Shown here piece by piece: positions 1-13,722 of a stretch of 64,000 nucleotides of DNA. The stretch covers positions 91,760,001 through 91,824,000 of the forward strand of contig OX597823.1 in the NCBI GenBank assembly GCA_951406725.2. The letters are read 5' to 3'. The translations under genes were made by a program, and so were the position numbers. The DNA is from Octopus vulgaris (taxonomy: Eukaryota). Position 1 is the stretch's first letter, and each line of letters opens with the position of its first letter. A model generated the notes under the pieces. That model made no database searches. It saw only the letters and a program-made list of their open reading frames with translations, and was not told the DNA's origin.

Positions 1-404
1 ATAGAGGAAATTAGATAAGCTAGATATACGGGAGATGGAAATAAAATAGGAGAAAGGGGAACGATGTACCATAACATAGCAAAAACATACACACTCCCTC
101 AAAAACCTATGCGCACTGACACATACGTGCATACATACATACATACACTAAAACACGCATTTATATATGTACGTGTGTGTGTGTGTGTGTATTTATGAAC
201 AAATATATATTTAGGTAGATAGTTAAATAGATAAATAGATGAATGAATATAAGCAACCATGCGCTGTGTTACCATAAAGGAAAATATAATTGTCACTAAA
301 TGCATTTAGTGACAATTATATATATATATATATATACACATATATATATATAATGTATGTGTGTATCTGTCTGTCTATCTCTATATCTACTTATTTCTCC
401 CTCT

Positions 405-406
405 AT

Positions 407-500
<94 letters not shown>
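405..500. repeat. (TATC)n microsatellite
   Basis: Pure ATCT tandem run; similar runs at ~44818-44914, ~50411-50523, ~60129-60225. Confidence 0.95.
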
Positions 501-501
<1 letters not shown>

Positions 502-1183
502 CGTACGTACGTACGTACCTACCAACCTACCTACCTAACCACCTATTTATCTACCTACTGTCTGTCTGTCAGACTAATTGACTGTCTGTCTGTCTATCTA
601 TAAACATCTAAGAATCCATGTCACGAAAAAATATGCACTCGTATAAATGTCAATGGAGTGAATATATTAATCAAAGTATATAGTATTACAGATCCACTAC
701 CGCTGATCTTATCATTCGGTTTCGCGCCGGATATTAGGTAATCGGATGATAATCTAATAACCACGCTCCTCGGAGATGGCAAAGACACAGAGATACAGAA
801 GAGAGTGGAACCGAAAAAAGAAAGTGCTTAGTTGTCTTTTGACTGTTTTCTTTGACATATAAAGCCACTACAGTTGCAAATATTCTCATCTATTAACCAA
901 TTAAAAATTCTTTTTTAATCCTCTTTAACTTAGATGTGTCCATTTCAAGATATATAAGAAACTTTAAATGGTGTGGAGCTTGGTAAAGCACTTAATTATT
1001 GCAACTTCAATTGAATGTGTTTAGTGATACTTCCGATTGTTCACCTACTCGTTTGTGTGTGCGTGTGCGTGTGTGTGTGTGTGTGTGTATGTGTGTGTGT
1101 GTGTTGTGTGTACGTGTGTGTGTGTATGTATGTGCATATGTGTGTAAGTATGTGTGCGTATGCGTGTGCGTGTGTGTGAGTAT

Positions 1184-1222
<39 letters not shown>

Positions 1223-1228
<6 letters not shown>

Positions 1229-1337
1229 TATATGAAAGAATGGAGTTGAACGACTAGTTAACAAATATCCTTTATTCTCTGAGAATAAAGGATATTTGTT
1301 AACTAGTCGTTCAACTCCATTCTTTCATATACTTATA
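1223..1337. repeat. Perfect palindrome, 57-bp arms, 1-nt spacer
   Basis: 1223-1279 (tataagtatatgaaagaatggagttgaacgactag...attctc) is the exact reverse complement of 1281-1337. Confidence 0.93.
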
Positions 1338-1488
1338 ATTTTTAAAATAAACATACAAATTTCCGCACGAAGACACGTAGTCTATGCCCTAGGGACGTAG
1401 CTTCAACCGTGTTCTTTCTGATGTGAATTTGCTACCCAGGTATCGGTTATCTTTCGAATTATCCTTAATAAGATAATTCATTCAATTA

Positions 1489-1558
<70 letters not shown>

Positions 1559-1648
1559 TATACATATATATATACATATATATATACATATATTTATATA
1601 TATACATATATATATATATAAAATGTACGTATATATATATATATATAT

Positions 1649-2052
1649 AGGCGCAGGAGTGGCTGTGTGGTAAGTAGCTTGTTTACCAAGCACATGGATC
1701 CGGGTTCAGTCCCACTGCGTGGCACCTTGGGCAAGTGTCTTCTACTATAGCCTCGGGCCGACCAATGCCTTGTGAGTGGATTTGGTAGACGGAAACTGAA
1801 AGAAGCCCGTCGTATATATGTATATATATATGCGTGTGCGTGTTTGTGTGTCTGTGTTTGTCCCCCTAGCATTGCTTGACAACCGATGCTGGTGTGTTTA
1901 TGTCCCCGTTACTTAGCGGTTCGGCAAAAGAGACCGATAGAATAAGTACTGGGCTTACAAAAGAATAAATCCCGGGGTCGAGTTGCTCGATTAAAGGTGG
2001 TGCTCCAGCATGGCCGCAGTCAAATGACTGAAAGAAGTAAAAGAGTAAAAGA

Positions 2053-2053
<1 letters not shown>
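1649..2053 (+). mobile_element. tRNA-headed SINE family A, full-length copy
   Basis: A-box-like TGGCTGTGTGG, B-box-like GGTTCAGTCCC, core ggcaccttgggcaagtgtctt, internal (TA)/(TG) tract, 3' tail gtaaaagag repeats; many related copies in the window. Confidence 0.85.
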
Positions 2054-2140
<87 letters not shown>

Positions 2141-2418
2141 AAGAAGGAGTGAGAGAGATACAGTAACAGTGCCAAACAGTAATGTTTACATGCCAACAGA
2201 ATGTGGCAGTCCTATAAAGGACGATGTCATTGTTGTTATGTCTCCAGGAAAATATCTTTTCCATCTGGCTGTCGACACAGAGTTTGCGTCCGTATAGCTT
2301 TTTGCAAGAGAGGTCATCGCTCCATCTCTAGCCTCATGCAATATTATCAGGTTTCCAGGTGGCTACATGTACTCAATGTGAGATAATCACAGGCTAGTGA
2401 CAAAAGCTTTCTCCACTA

Positions 2419-2470
<52 letters not shown>

Positions 2471-2490
2471 TGTCTGCCTGTGTGTGTGTG

Positions 2491-3385
2491 TATGTGAGGT
2501 ATGATCAATAAGTATCCGGACTGATGACATAGTAAGGAAGATAAAGGAAGCAGAGAGAAGCTGCCGGACATAGATTGATATTGAACTCTGCTGTGCATGT
2601 ACACTAAGTTTTAATGTTCTAGCTGACTTCTGCTGTTTACAGCAGTACTTGGAAGGAAGGTGTGTAGAGTGTTATCATCGCATTGATCATGACAAAGTTG
2701 CCATGGAGATACCTGCTAAGAGGCCTACGCAAAGTTGCAGAAAGTGTATGGAGAGAAGTGTATGAGCCGCACACAAGTATAGTAGTGGTTAAGACGTTTC
2801 CAAGATGGCCGAAAACATGTCGATATTGACTAACGTTTTGGGAGACTTGCAACCAGCAGCGCTGAGATAAACATTACAGTTGTGCATGCAGCTGTGAGGG
2901 GAAATCCTTGAATCACCATCTGTGAGTTATCAGAGGATGTACAGATTAGTTTGGTTCTGTTCAGTCCATTTTCATTGAAGATTTGTGTATGCGACGCGTG
3001 TGTGCTACGTGTGTGCCAAAACTGCTATCAGCTGACCAAGATGACACTCGGGTTTCAGTTGTATAAGATTTCCTTGATTATCTCTAGAAAGATGAATACT
3101 TTTTAAAATCTTTGTGTAGGCCTCTGAGCATGTATCGCCAAACTTTTGGCAAAATTTGTTGCAGATTCTCTGCTCAACTTTCTCTATCGTGGTCAATGCG
3201 ATGATTACACACTACACACCTTCCTTCCAAGTACTGCTGTAAACAGCAGAAGTAAGCTACAACGGTAAAACCTAGAGTACATGCACAGCGAATTTTAAGG
3301 TCAGTCTGTACCAAGCAGCTTCACTCTACGTGATTTAGCATCGTTACTATGGCAACAGTCCGGGCATTTATTGATCAGAAAAAGC

Positions 3386-3390
<5 letters not shown>
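2491..3390. mobile_element. Non-autonomous mariner-like DNA transposon built from two inverted 5' ends
   Basis: TIRs tgatcaataagtatccggactg / cagtccgggcatttattgatca with TA flanks; + arm encodes a decayed transposase HTH (EAYAKLQKVYGEKCMSRTQV..WLRRFQDGR..ITICELSEDV..CVPKLLS); - arm encodes EQRICNKFCQKFGDTCSEAY. Confidence 0.85.
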
Positions 3391-3423
<33 letters not shown>

Positions 3424-4772
3424 GCACACACATATAATACTATATTCGCATTGTGTATAGTGAATACACACATATGTGAATACACACTCACATTAGTATG
3501 TGTGCATGTAGTGGAGTTGTTTAGTGTATATTTGTATATGTCTATGTGTGCGTTTATTTCACTTTCGTAAGGAAATGGTTGACAGAGAGTTCAAAGTTTC
3601 GGCTTGCGTGCTTCTGTCAGACTGTCGAGCAAGCCGAAACTTCGAATTCGCTCTCAATGTTTCCCTTGTAAAAGTTTTTGGATCTTTGAAGGTACCGTAT
3701 GGTCTTTACACATTTGGAGATATATACGGTGGCATACAAGTATGAATAATGTATTTTGTTTTTCTCTGTATTTACGTAATATAGATATGCTGAGCCACAA
3801 CTGACGTGGGACCTACAATTACAACATAGAGATATACTGCATCATTATAACGAGGTGACTTGTGTGTGTTCTACCCTCCTACTTGCAACAGTGAGTACAT
3901 CATACTTAATATCTCCTTATATATTGGAATAGTAAAGGCTCATTTAAAGATAGAGTTGTAGTCATACGATCGTGAATGCATTGACTTCGACAAATGTTCA
4001 GAGTATTACTAGAGATATGCAAATACATAAAAACAACATCAATATCAACAGAACCAGAAGTAGAGAAGCAGTTATTACATGCAACAGTAAAAACAACATA
4101 AATTGTATATTTATCAACAACAGATAAAAATGATAGAACAACATCAATAAAAAAACCCCAGCAACAATAACATTTCCAGCAAAGAAAAATATATCAGTAA
4201 AAATAAAAAAAAAACAGAAGATAAAAATTGACAGCATATCAGCAACAGAAGTAAATTTAGTATAGCACTAACGACAACGACAACAACAACGATGACGCTG
4301 ACGACGGCAATGACAGCGAAATGTAAAAAGGAAAGCAAGCAAAAGACTGATGAGGATTGGTAAAAAGCCAGTAATTATGTCAAGAAAGAAAGAAAGAAAG
4401 AAAAGAAGAAAGGTAAAAGGAAAACAAAAACATTTTTATAAACAAATATATAAATATACAGAATGAAATAAAACGAAGAAAACATTAAAAGAAATAAAAA
4501 GCAAGAGGCAAAAAATAAAAAAGAAAAATAGAGTGAGAAGAAATAAAGGAAAAAAATGTACGAAATATAAATAAGAGAACAGTTAGAAAAAGTCAATGAA
4601 AAATTTCACTAAAAAGTGTAAAGGAAAGAAAAATGAACAAAATCTGAATTAAATGTTAAAAACATACACGTGCGAAAATAACAGCAGTAATTTAAACAAA
4701 TATAAGCGACAAGAAATAGTAACGACACGCACACATTATCTATTTGTGCGTGTGGTGTATGTGTGTATTATG

Positions 4773-4821
<49 letters not shown>

Positions 4822-5082
4822 TCACACATATATATATATTGCTAAAATTACTCAACACCAAACAATTTCAGCATAAAAATACATAACAATGAATATATCT
4901 GGACACACCACTGGAAAGCAAGATGCCTGTGACACTGATGTAATACTTAACTGCTTAATATAATATAATATAATATAATATTATAAAATAATAATATAAT
5001 ATAATATAATATAACATTGTGTGTGTGTGTTTGTACATACATACATACATACATACATACATACATACATACATACATACAT

Positions 5083-5242
5083 GTTCGTCTTGAGGCTGAT
5101 AGAGGTTCCTTGTCTTTCCTGATGAGAAGACGGCATAATGCACCCTTTATTCCTTCGGAATTAAGAGTATGCAGTCTTCGAAACATGTGTTGAGAGTAAA
5201 GGAATTATGTTAAAATCTTCGATCGACTTCATTCTTTCGTCT
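5083..5242 (+). mobile_element. Penelope-like terminal-repeat fragment with type I hammerhead motif (5114-5196)
   Basis: CTGATGA, stem II GAAGACGGCATA/TATGCAGTCTTC, GAAAC-ATGT-GTT, stem I ctttc/gagag; lies between microsatellites. Confidence 0.55.
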
Positions 5243-5454
5243 ATATATATATATATATGAAAGTTAGCAAACTAAAACTTCGAAGTCACTATCACCCTTC
5301 TCGTAAAAGTGGAAGAAACATTTACTCTACTAAAAATGCATTGAATAAGTTGTCAGTTAAACGTTAAATTGTTTTTATTTATGAATTGATATAAAATAAA
5401 CACACACACACACACACACATACACACGCAAACTCACAGCACGCACACACGCAT

Positions 5455-5489
<35 letters not shown>

Positions 5490-5536
5490 CATACGTACAT
5501 ATGTATGTATGTATGAATGCATGTATGTATGTAGGT

Positions 5537-5567
<31 letters not shown>

Positions 5568-6322
5568 TGCGTGTGTGTGTGTTTCGTATATATTTTTGGG
5601 AAGTTAAAGCTATGTTAGCGAGCAGCTATTGCCAGATTCCTTACGCGTGAACCCCACGAGGTTTGTCAGAGCGCCATATTGGAATAAAATGCAAAATTCA
5701 CAGCGAACAGTGTTAACGGAAGGCAACATATAATTTCATTTGGTCGACCGTAACCAAACGCTGGCAAACAGTTTCTCCCAGTGAAAATCGTGTAAGTCGT
5801 TCGGCCATCATGCTTGAGTAAAATTTGAAAGAGGAAGGCAACGAAATCATGTTTCTCTTTGTTTATTGTCACGAATATTATAAATATTACAGGCTTGGAA
5901 AAAGGCTCTGTAGTTGAGAAGTTTCCCTTCCAAACATGTAGTCTCAGGATCAATCTCAATTTAGGCAAGTGTCTTCTACTAATATTTCCGAGGTGAATAA
6001 AGTCTTGCGAGCGAATTTTCTAGATGCAAACTGAAAGATGCCTTTCCGTGTGTGTGTGTGTGCGTATATATATATTTGTAGTCGAAACAAGGGCAGCTGA
6101 AGAAGGGGAATATTTCTTGCATTGTTTGTCTTGTACTCTGTTTTTCGTTGTTAAAAAAGTCCGTTTCCTTGTTTGATTTAATGTTTTCGTTTCTCGTTGT
6201 GTTCTACGTTTATTTGTGGTGTCCTGTACACATATATGCATGTATATATACATATAGATGTAGGTATGTACATATATGTATGTATGCATATGTTTTCTTT
6301 ATTAAATTGTTATTATATATAA

Positions 6323-6386
<64 letters not shown>

Positions 6387-6414
6387 GTTTGTGTGTGTGT
6401 GTGTGTGTGTGTGT

Positions 6415-6643
6415 AGGCGGCTAGCTGGCAGAAACGTTAGCACGCCGGGCGAAATGCTTAGCGGTATTTCGTCTGTTGTTACGTTCTGAGTTCAAATTCC
6501 GCCGAGGTCGACTTTGCCTTTCATCCGTTCGGGGTCGATAAATAAAGTACCAGTTTCGCACTGGGGTCGATGTAATCGGCTTAAACCCTTTGTCTGTCCT
6601 TGTTTGTCTCCTCTATGTCTGGCCCCTTGTGAGCAATAAAGAA
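6415..6643 (+). mobile_element. SINE family B monomer (tRNA-like head plus Deu/Nin-like central domain)
   Basis: TGGCAGAAACGTT A-box, GAGTTCAAATTCC B-box, domain gtcgactttgcctttcatcc..ggggtcgataaataaagtaccag. Confidence 0.8.
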
Positions 6644-7537
6644 CTATATATATGTATATATATCAGTGCATATATATGATTATGTGTGTCATTGCGTTTG
6701 TGGCTGTCCTTCTAGCACATATTGGCAGCCTGTGTTAGTTTGTTTTCGTCGCTGTAACTTGGCGCTTCGGCAAAAGGAAAAGTTCGAATAATTACCAGTC
6801 TTTAAAAAATGAGATTTAAGTCCTAGGGTATATCCTGGGGCACCGTTGAACATTGTGCTCCAGCATGGCCGTAGTTCAATGATTAACACACACGTTAAAA
6901 GTAAGAGATTAAAGATGAAATCTGGAGCTTTGTATACTTATGAGACGGGCAAATTCATATGGAGGGATCAAGTATGAAAAGGAACTAACCATCAGACAAA
7001 ATATTGGATGCCGAAACAAATTTAACGCAAATTTTAAACCAACAATTTTATCATAAAAACCATTGTTTAAAAGATAAAGGTGAAATGGGACCGGAAGTTG
7101 TGACCTGTTGTTATCGTTAGTTCTTTTGCGTACTTTGGGTTTTGAAGAAATAACACGCTACCAAGAATACATTGTTTACTTTAATCTTAGGTAAACTATG
7201 CATGTAAAGACGCGTAGACGAGTGGTTAGGGTGCTGTAGTCACGATTGCAAGACCGTGCTTTCGATTACACGATTGCGCGTTGTGCTCTTGAGAAAAATC
7301 CTTCATTTTACATGGCTACAGTCCACTCAGCCGTAAACAGGTAACTGCATTGAACTGGGCTTCTGTTGACAGGAAATATAGTGACCTCGGTCATTTATAA
7401 GCCATAGAAACCTGGTAACCAACGCTATGGATGCTCTAACTCTAGATATTAATGGCCAGGTGGCTTATATTACATCCGGTCTCACCAAAGACGAAATCAG
7501 AAATTTGACCATAATCTTACTTTTGATCATAAATAAA

Positions 7538-8370
7538 CGCAGGTGGCGGGGTTGTATGGTAAGAAGTTTGCTTCGTAACCACATGTTTCCGGGTTCAATC
7601 CCACTGTGTGGAACTTTGGGCAAATGTCTTCTATTATAACCTCGGACTGACTAAAGTCTTGTGAGTTGATTTGGTATACGGAAACTGAAAGAAGCCCATC
7701 ATGTAGATATAAATGTATGTTTTTGTGTTTGTGTTTGTCCCCAATAACCGCTTGACAGCTGCTGATGGTTTGTTTACGTCTCCGTGCCAATAGTGGCTCA
7801 ACAAAAGAGACTGAAAGAATATGTACCAGGTTTAAGGCGACGAGCTGGCAGAATCGTTAGCACGGCGGGGGAAATGGTTAGCGGTATTTTGTCTGCCGCT
7901 ACGTTCTGAGTTCAAATTCCGCCGAGGTCGACTTTGTCTTTCATCCTTTCGGGGTCGATTAAATAAGTACCAGTTACGCACTGGGGTCGATATAATCGAC
8001 TTAATCCGTTTATCTGTCCTTGTTTGTCCTCTCTGTGTTTAGCCCCTTGTGGGCTGTAAAGAAATAAGAATCGTTAGCACGCCGGGCGAAATGCTTAGCG
8101 GTATTTCGTCTGCCGTTACGTTCTGACTTCAAATTCCGCCGAGGTCGACTTTGCCTTTCATCTTTTCGGGGTCTATAAATTAAGTACCAGTTGCATAGTA
8201 GGGTCGACCTAATCGACTGGCTCCTCCCTTCCCCCCCCCAAAAAAAAATATTTCGGGTCTTGTGCCTAGAGTAGAAAAGAAAAAATATGTACCAGGTTTA
8301 ACAGAAAAAGTAAATCCTGGACTTGATTCATTCGACTAAGGTAGTGCCCCAGCTTGGCCGTAACGATAAA
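7538..8370 (+). mobile_element. SINE family A copy interrupted by a SINE B dimer
   Basis: Family A sequence 7538-7835 resumes after 8301. Confidence 0.75.
7836..8283 (+). mobile_element. SINE family B dimer with 18-bp TSD
   Basis: Two tandem units; aatatgtaccaggtttaa at 7818-7835 and 8284-8301. Confidence 0.88.
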
Positions 8371-9619
8371 AAGAAGTGTTCCGACCACTGTTTACCTGAG
8401 GCTGTATCTACAAAATACAAGACATACAAACAACTCGATGTTCATAGCCGAAATTCCTTTGACCATGGCTCTCAAGTTGGTCAGAGTTGTGAGGTCTAAA
8501 ACAACAAAAGAAATTATTTTTGCGCTAAAACGTTTAGTTCGAATGATCTAGAACACAACAACAAGATGTGTGTATAGGTTTCGAAACTGGCAAGAGGATC
8601 GATTTTCAAAATTCTACAGAGTATCATGAATAAATCAGTAAAAGCATTTATGTGTCTAACCAATAGTAAATTCTTCGACAGTTGGCTAATTCTAAACAGA
8701 TTGTTTGCAATAAGATTTCACAGTCGTCTCAGCAGTGTCTTTCCGCTTTTGAAATTTAAAAGACGAAAATAAAAAAAATGAAAGAAATAAAAGAATGAAA
8801 AATAAATAAAACAAAAATAAAGATGAAAAATTAAAATATAAAATAATATGAAATAAAATAAAAAATAAAACTAAATCCCAAAGAAAATAGGTCTGGAAAA
8901 TAAAATTCACAAATACCTTCAAATCAGTGAATGTCAAAATGAAAGTAAAATAATAAAAAAAAAACTACAAAAACAAAACTGAAAAACACAATAGGAAAGA
9001 TGATACACTTAGAATCAGCTTTGCTATTAGCATATCAATGATTGTAACCGGTTTCTACTGCTAAAGTTGTCTTTTAAATCATTCTTTATTTGATTGGTAT
9101 GAGGAGATATTTGGAGAGCCAGTGTAATTGTCTGAGTAGTGACAACAACAACAAAGAAAGGAAAAATGAAGAAAAACACTACTAAGATGTATTCAGAATC
9201 TAAGCTAAGCCAATATGTTCAGATAGATCTATGAAAACAAACAACCTGAAGCTAAAAATAAAGTGAGGTGAGATTTAGTTACCATTTGCCGTCGCATCTA
9301 AAATGTCCAAATTGCATTCTTAACAGGATAATATGGCTAGAATCGGAAAAAAGAACAGAACAGATCAGAAAGATAACAACTTCTAAACGTCAAAGTCGAA
9401 GAAATATAAATAAGATAAACCATATGAAGTTAGGTCGCTGATTTGTAGTCTCAGAAATTTGTCTCGGTCGATTTAATAGTATTAATGCCAGCCGTTTGAT
9501 TTAGCCGTCACAAGAAGCCTGTATCCTTTAGTACACTGCTCTCTGAGTTCAAATTCTATCGGGGTCAACTTCATTTGAGTTTTTTTTCCGTCTTTCAGGT
9601 GCCAATAAGTGAAGTACTA

Positions 9620-10048
9620 AGGGTGGCGAGCTGGCAGAATCCTTAGCACGCCGGGCGAAATGCTGAGAGGTATTCTGTCAGCCATTACGTTCTAAGTTCA
9701 AATTCCGCCGAGGTCGACTTTGCCTTTCATCCTTTCGGGGTCGATTAAATAAGTACCAGTTAAGCACTGGGGTCGATGTAATCGACTTAATCCGTTTGTC
9801 TGTCCTTGTTTGTCCTCTCTATGTTTAGCCCCTTGTGAGCAATAAAGAAATAAGAATCGTTAGCATGACGGGTGAAATGCTTAGCGGCATTTCGTCCATC
9901 TTTATGTTCTAAATTCGAATTCTGCCGAGGTGAACTTTGCTTCTCATCCTTTCGGGGTCGATAAAATAAGTACTAGTTGAACACTGAGGTCGATGTGATC
10001 GACTAACTTCCTCTTCCGAAATTGCCGGCCTTGCGTCAAAATTTGAAA
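9620..10048 (+). mobile_element. SINE family B dimer nested in an older B copy
   Basis: Two tandem units joined at aaagaaataag|aatcgttagc; degenerate flanking duplication ccaataagtgaagtactaa / ccaatgaatgatgtaccaa. Confidence 0.8.
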
Positions 10049-10140
10049 CCAATGAATGATGTACCAATGAAACACTGAGGCGATTAATTTCTTTCTTTGT
10101 GTTGCTCAGTTGTCAGTCTGTCAATCTGTCTGTCTGTCTC

Positions 10141-10420
10141 CCGGAATATCAGGACCTATCTAGAGAGCTGGAGAGACTATGGAAAACCATGACAACAATT
10201 ATGCTTGTAGTAACTGGTGCACTTGGCACAACACCCAAAATGCTACCTCAGAGATCGAAGATTATTGGCATTGATACTCGCATTGTCGAACTCCGGGAAA
10301 GTACAGTCCTCTATTCTGCAAAAATCTTAAGAAAGATACTTCAGATTTGGTTAGATTTGTACCAAGCTCCAGGGTAACATCCTAGCCAATTGAATTGGCA
10401 TGTAATAACTTTGAACTTTG
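10141..10420 (+). mobile_element. 3' fragment of an R4/Dong-type RLE retrotransposon (third lineage)
   Basis: EYQDLSRELERLW..VVTGALG..STVLYSAKILRKIL aligns by eye with the C-terminus KYKDLEIEISKMW..VVIGALG..IVLMGTAHILRKIL of the 16-19 kb element. Confidence 0.75.
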
Positions 10421-10639
10421 ACAAAGGTTGTGAAGGACGAGCCACGGTGCTACTTTCTCCAGAAATGATTGGGTGGATTTTCTGTGTATTTTTGTAGTAA
10501 TATTTGTCTGCTCCTCTTCCACCGTTTGACGACCAGAGGTGGTTTGTTTACATACCCGTAACTTAGCAGTTTGGCAAAAGAAGCCGATAGAACATGTACT
10601 TGACTAAGAATAAGTTATAAAATCAGTGACTAGTTGTCA

Positions 10640-10910
10640 CTTTGAAAACTATATATTTTGAACGGGAATTTGGCAGCGCCAACTCTAGCCGAACAATTAT
10701 TCTGTGCCGATGAAGGGAAATATTTCAGAAATCGCGATACACAAATATTGTTTTGTGCTGAGTGGGGGGTGCTAGATTCCTTTGTTCGAAAATATAAGGT
10801 CACAGATTGTGTCATATAGCCAGATGGAGACGATTTCTCCTGGGGCTAAATTACAGCAACATTCGTCCTAAACCAGGACTGCCATGTTATGTTGGCAAAC
10901 AATCTTTACC
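10640..10910. mobile_element. Repeat family C fragment (putative MITE end) inserted in a SINE A
   Basis: gccagatggagacgatttctcctggggctaaattacagcaacattcgtcctaaaccaggactgcc is shared with 30229-30524, 43085-43342 and (inverted) ~2180-2290. Confidence 0.6.
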
Positions 10911-11805
10911 AAAAATAAGTTGTATGGTCGATTTGATCGATTAAGCCTTTCGTGACGCTGCTCCAGCATGGCCACATTCGAATAACTGAAACAAATAAAA
11001 TATATTCTATTAACTTTTATAAGAATGACCGACGCCTCTGATGAGAATCCAATAAGATTCGAAATCGATTAACATTGTTCATATCTTTTGTTTTTTAAGC
11101 AAACAAAACCAAAAAATATGTAATTTAAGACGATGGACAAAGACGAAATAAATAGGAAACGAGCAAAATACAACCTTAAGGGACAAAAAGGGAAAGGATC
11201 GTGGGTAACACTTCAAAGAATTACTGAAGGATATATAAAACAGCAAATAGCAAGACAGAGAAATTTTTTGTGGTCGGATAACTGGGCAGCCGATGTGAAA
11301 AAGGAAGAGAATGAAAGGAAGATGGCCATGGGTCAGGTGCCAGCAGCAGATAGATGAGAAAGGGAGAGAGAGCTCGACGAAAGGAAAATAAGTGAAGAAA
11401 TGGAGGAGGAAAGGGAGAAGAAAGACTACAAATACAGGTGAGGGGCGAGAGAGAGAGAGAGAGAGAGGAAAAAAGGGGGAAGTGGACAGGCTAGAAATAA
11501 AAGCAAGGGGCGAGAGAGAAGAGGAGTGAATGCAAGAGAGTCACACACACACACAAACACACACTTACACAAACGAGATTTGGTCAGCCTGAGGCTGAAG
11601 TAGAAGACTCTTGCCCAACGTAGCATGCAAAGAGAGTGAAGCCAGAGCCACGTGATTTCAAAGCAAACTGCTCACTACACAACCACGCTGCACCTATGAT
11701 ACGCATAACTTGTTTTCTCTGACACTTGGGTATCATGGGACTTATGAAAATAAGGTTTTGTATTTGGTTAGGGCAGGCAAAGGATTACACAGATCTCAAC
11801 AAGAA

Positions 11806-11889
<84 letters not shown>

Positions 11890-11923
11890 TTATGCGTACG
11901 CTCATGAAACACAAATACCTTTC

Positions 11924-12006
<83 letters not shown>

Positions 12007-12271
12007 ATATATATGGGAAAATATAAATATGAACATAACGAACCTATAGTCATACGAGAAGGATATATGTACCAATATTCACATACGTGTATGCAATTAC
12101 TAAACAGTTATGTATATATGTGTGTATATATGCACACACACGTATTGATATATACACAAGCTCAATCGCACAAACACAGGTACAAAGCGAATATATATAT
12201 GTGTACATATATGCATATAAATCTTCATATATATACATATATATATATACATATACACACACACACGCACG

Positions 12272-12308
<37 letters not shown>

Positions 12309-12598
12309 GTATGTATATATGTATATATGTACACATATGATATATATATATATACATACCAATATATATATATTTATGTATATACACATATGCGCATACA
12401 CACACACATACGCATATCACATGTAGATGTATATATGTAGAAACGCATAATACTGAATTAATTTCAATCTAATGGTAGAGGACGATCTCCAACTAATGTA
12501 TTGTCTATATTGCAATTGAAGTTATGCGTTGAATGATGAAGGCACCGCTGGTACGATCGTCGTTGCCGCCGTCACCATTCTTCGTGCCATTGATGTGT

Positions 12599-12600
12599 AA

Positions 12601-12676
<76 letters not shown>

Positions 12677-12706
12677 GATATTATTACTATCTTTGTTGTC
12701 GTTGTT

Positions 12707-12745
<39 letters not shown>

Positions 12746-12910
12746 ATTCTTCTTATTATTATTATTTACATTTTTATTGTTGTTATTGTTATTTTTCTTG
12801 TTCTTGCTATTATTTTTGTTGTTGTTAATATTATTCTTATCATCGTCATCGTTATTATTAGCTTTCCGATTTTACCTTTCAGTGAAGAAAATTAGAATAT
12901 TAATAATATC

Positions 12911-12976
<66 letters not shown>
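12599..12976. repeat. (ATT)n/(GTT)n array followed by opposite-strand (AAT)n array
   Basis: Directly visible trinucleotide runs. Confidence 0.9.
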
Positions 12977-13164
12977 CAGTAGCAGCAATGACATGATTAA
13001 TGACGACAACAACAACAACAACATTAATAACAGCAATATAATAATTCAATGTAAAATAACATCAATAGTAATATGTAGACAATATGTTGCTTCAAGACCA
13101 TTGTTTGACATTAAATTGAAATTAATAGAATGTTATTATGCATGTATGTGTGTATATGCATATT

Positions 13165-13299
<135 letters not shown>

Positions 13300-13574
13300 A
13301 GACACATAAAAATGTATGTATGTATGTATGTATGAATGTATTTGTGTGTGAGTGTGCGTGGGTATTTCAGCAAATCATCACCACTACGAAACAGCTGTCG
13401 TACTGTTTTTGTTGTTGTTGTTCTTGTTAAAATAAATGTCTTTTATTTTTTTAATCATCATCATCATCATCGCATTCTTCATCATCGTCGTCGTCGTCAT
13501 TATCATTATCAACAACGTTCTCATAATTAACACTCCCATCTCATCAATAGCTTTATTATTATTATTATTATTAT

Positions 13575-13722
13575 TGAGTGAGAGAGCAGTGCATGCCATC
13601 ACAGTGACACTATGGGCACAAATACACGTAACCCAATATACCCATTCTTCACTACCCGCAACAAAATAAACAGCGCATGACCTTGGAAGTAGAGTCCAGT
13701 TAGAATTTTCTTCTGGTCGAGT
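13575..13722 (-). mobile_element. Family D element, 3' part with (TAA)n tail
   Basis: tgagtgagagagcagtgcatgccatc.. matches 14901 onward; preceded on + by (TTA)n. Confidence 0.75.

Noticed and set aside
1649-1725. SINE heads as functional tRNA genes
   Set aside because: A/B boxes present but no full cloverleaf, and they continue into SINE bodies.
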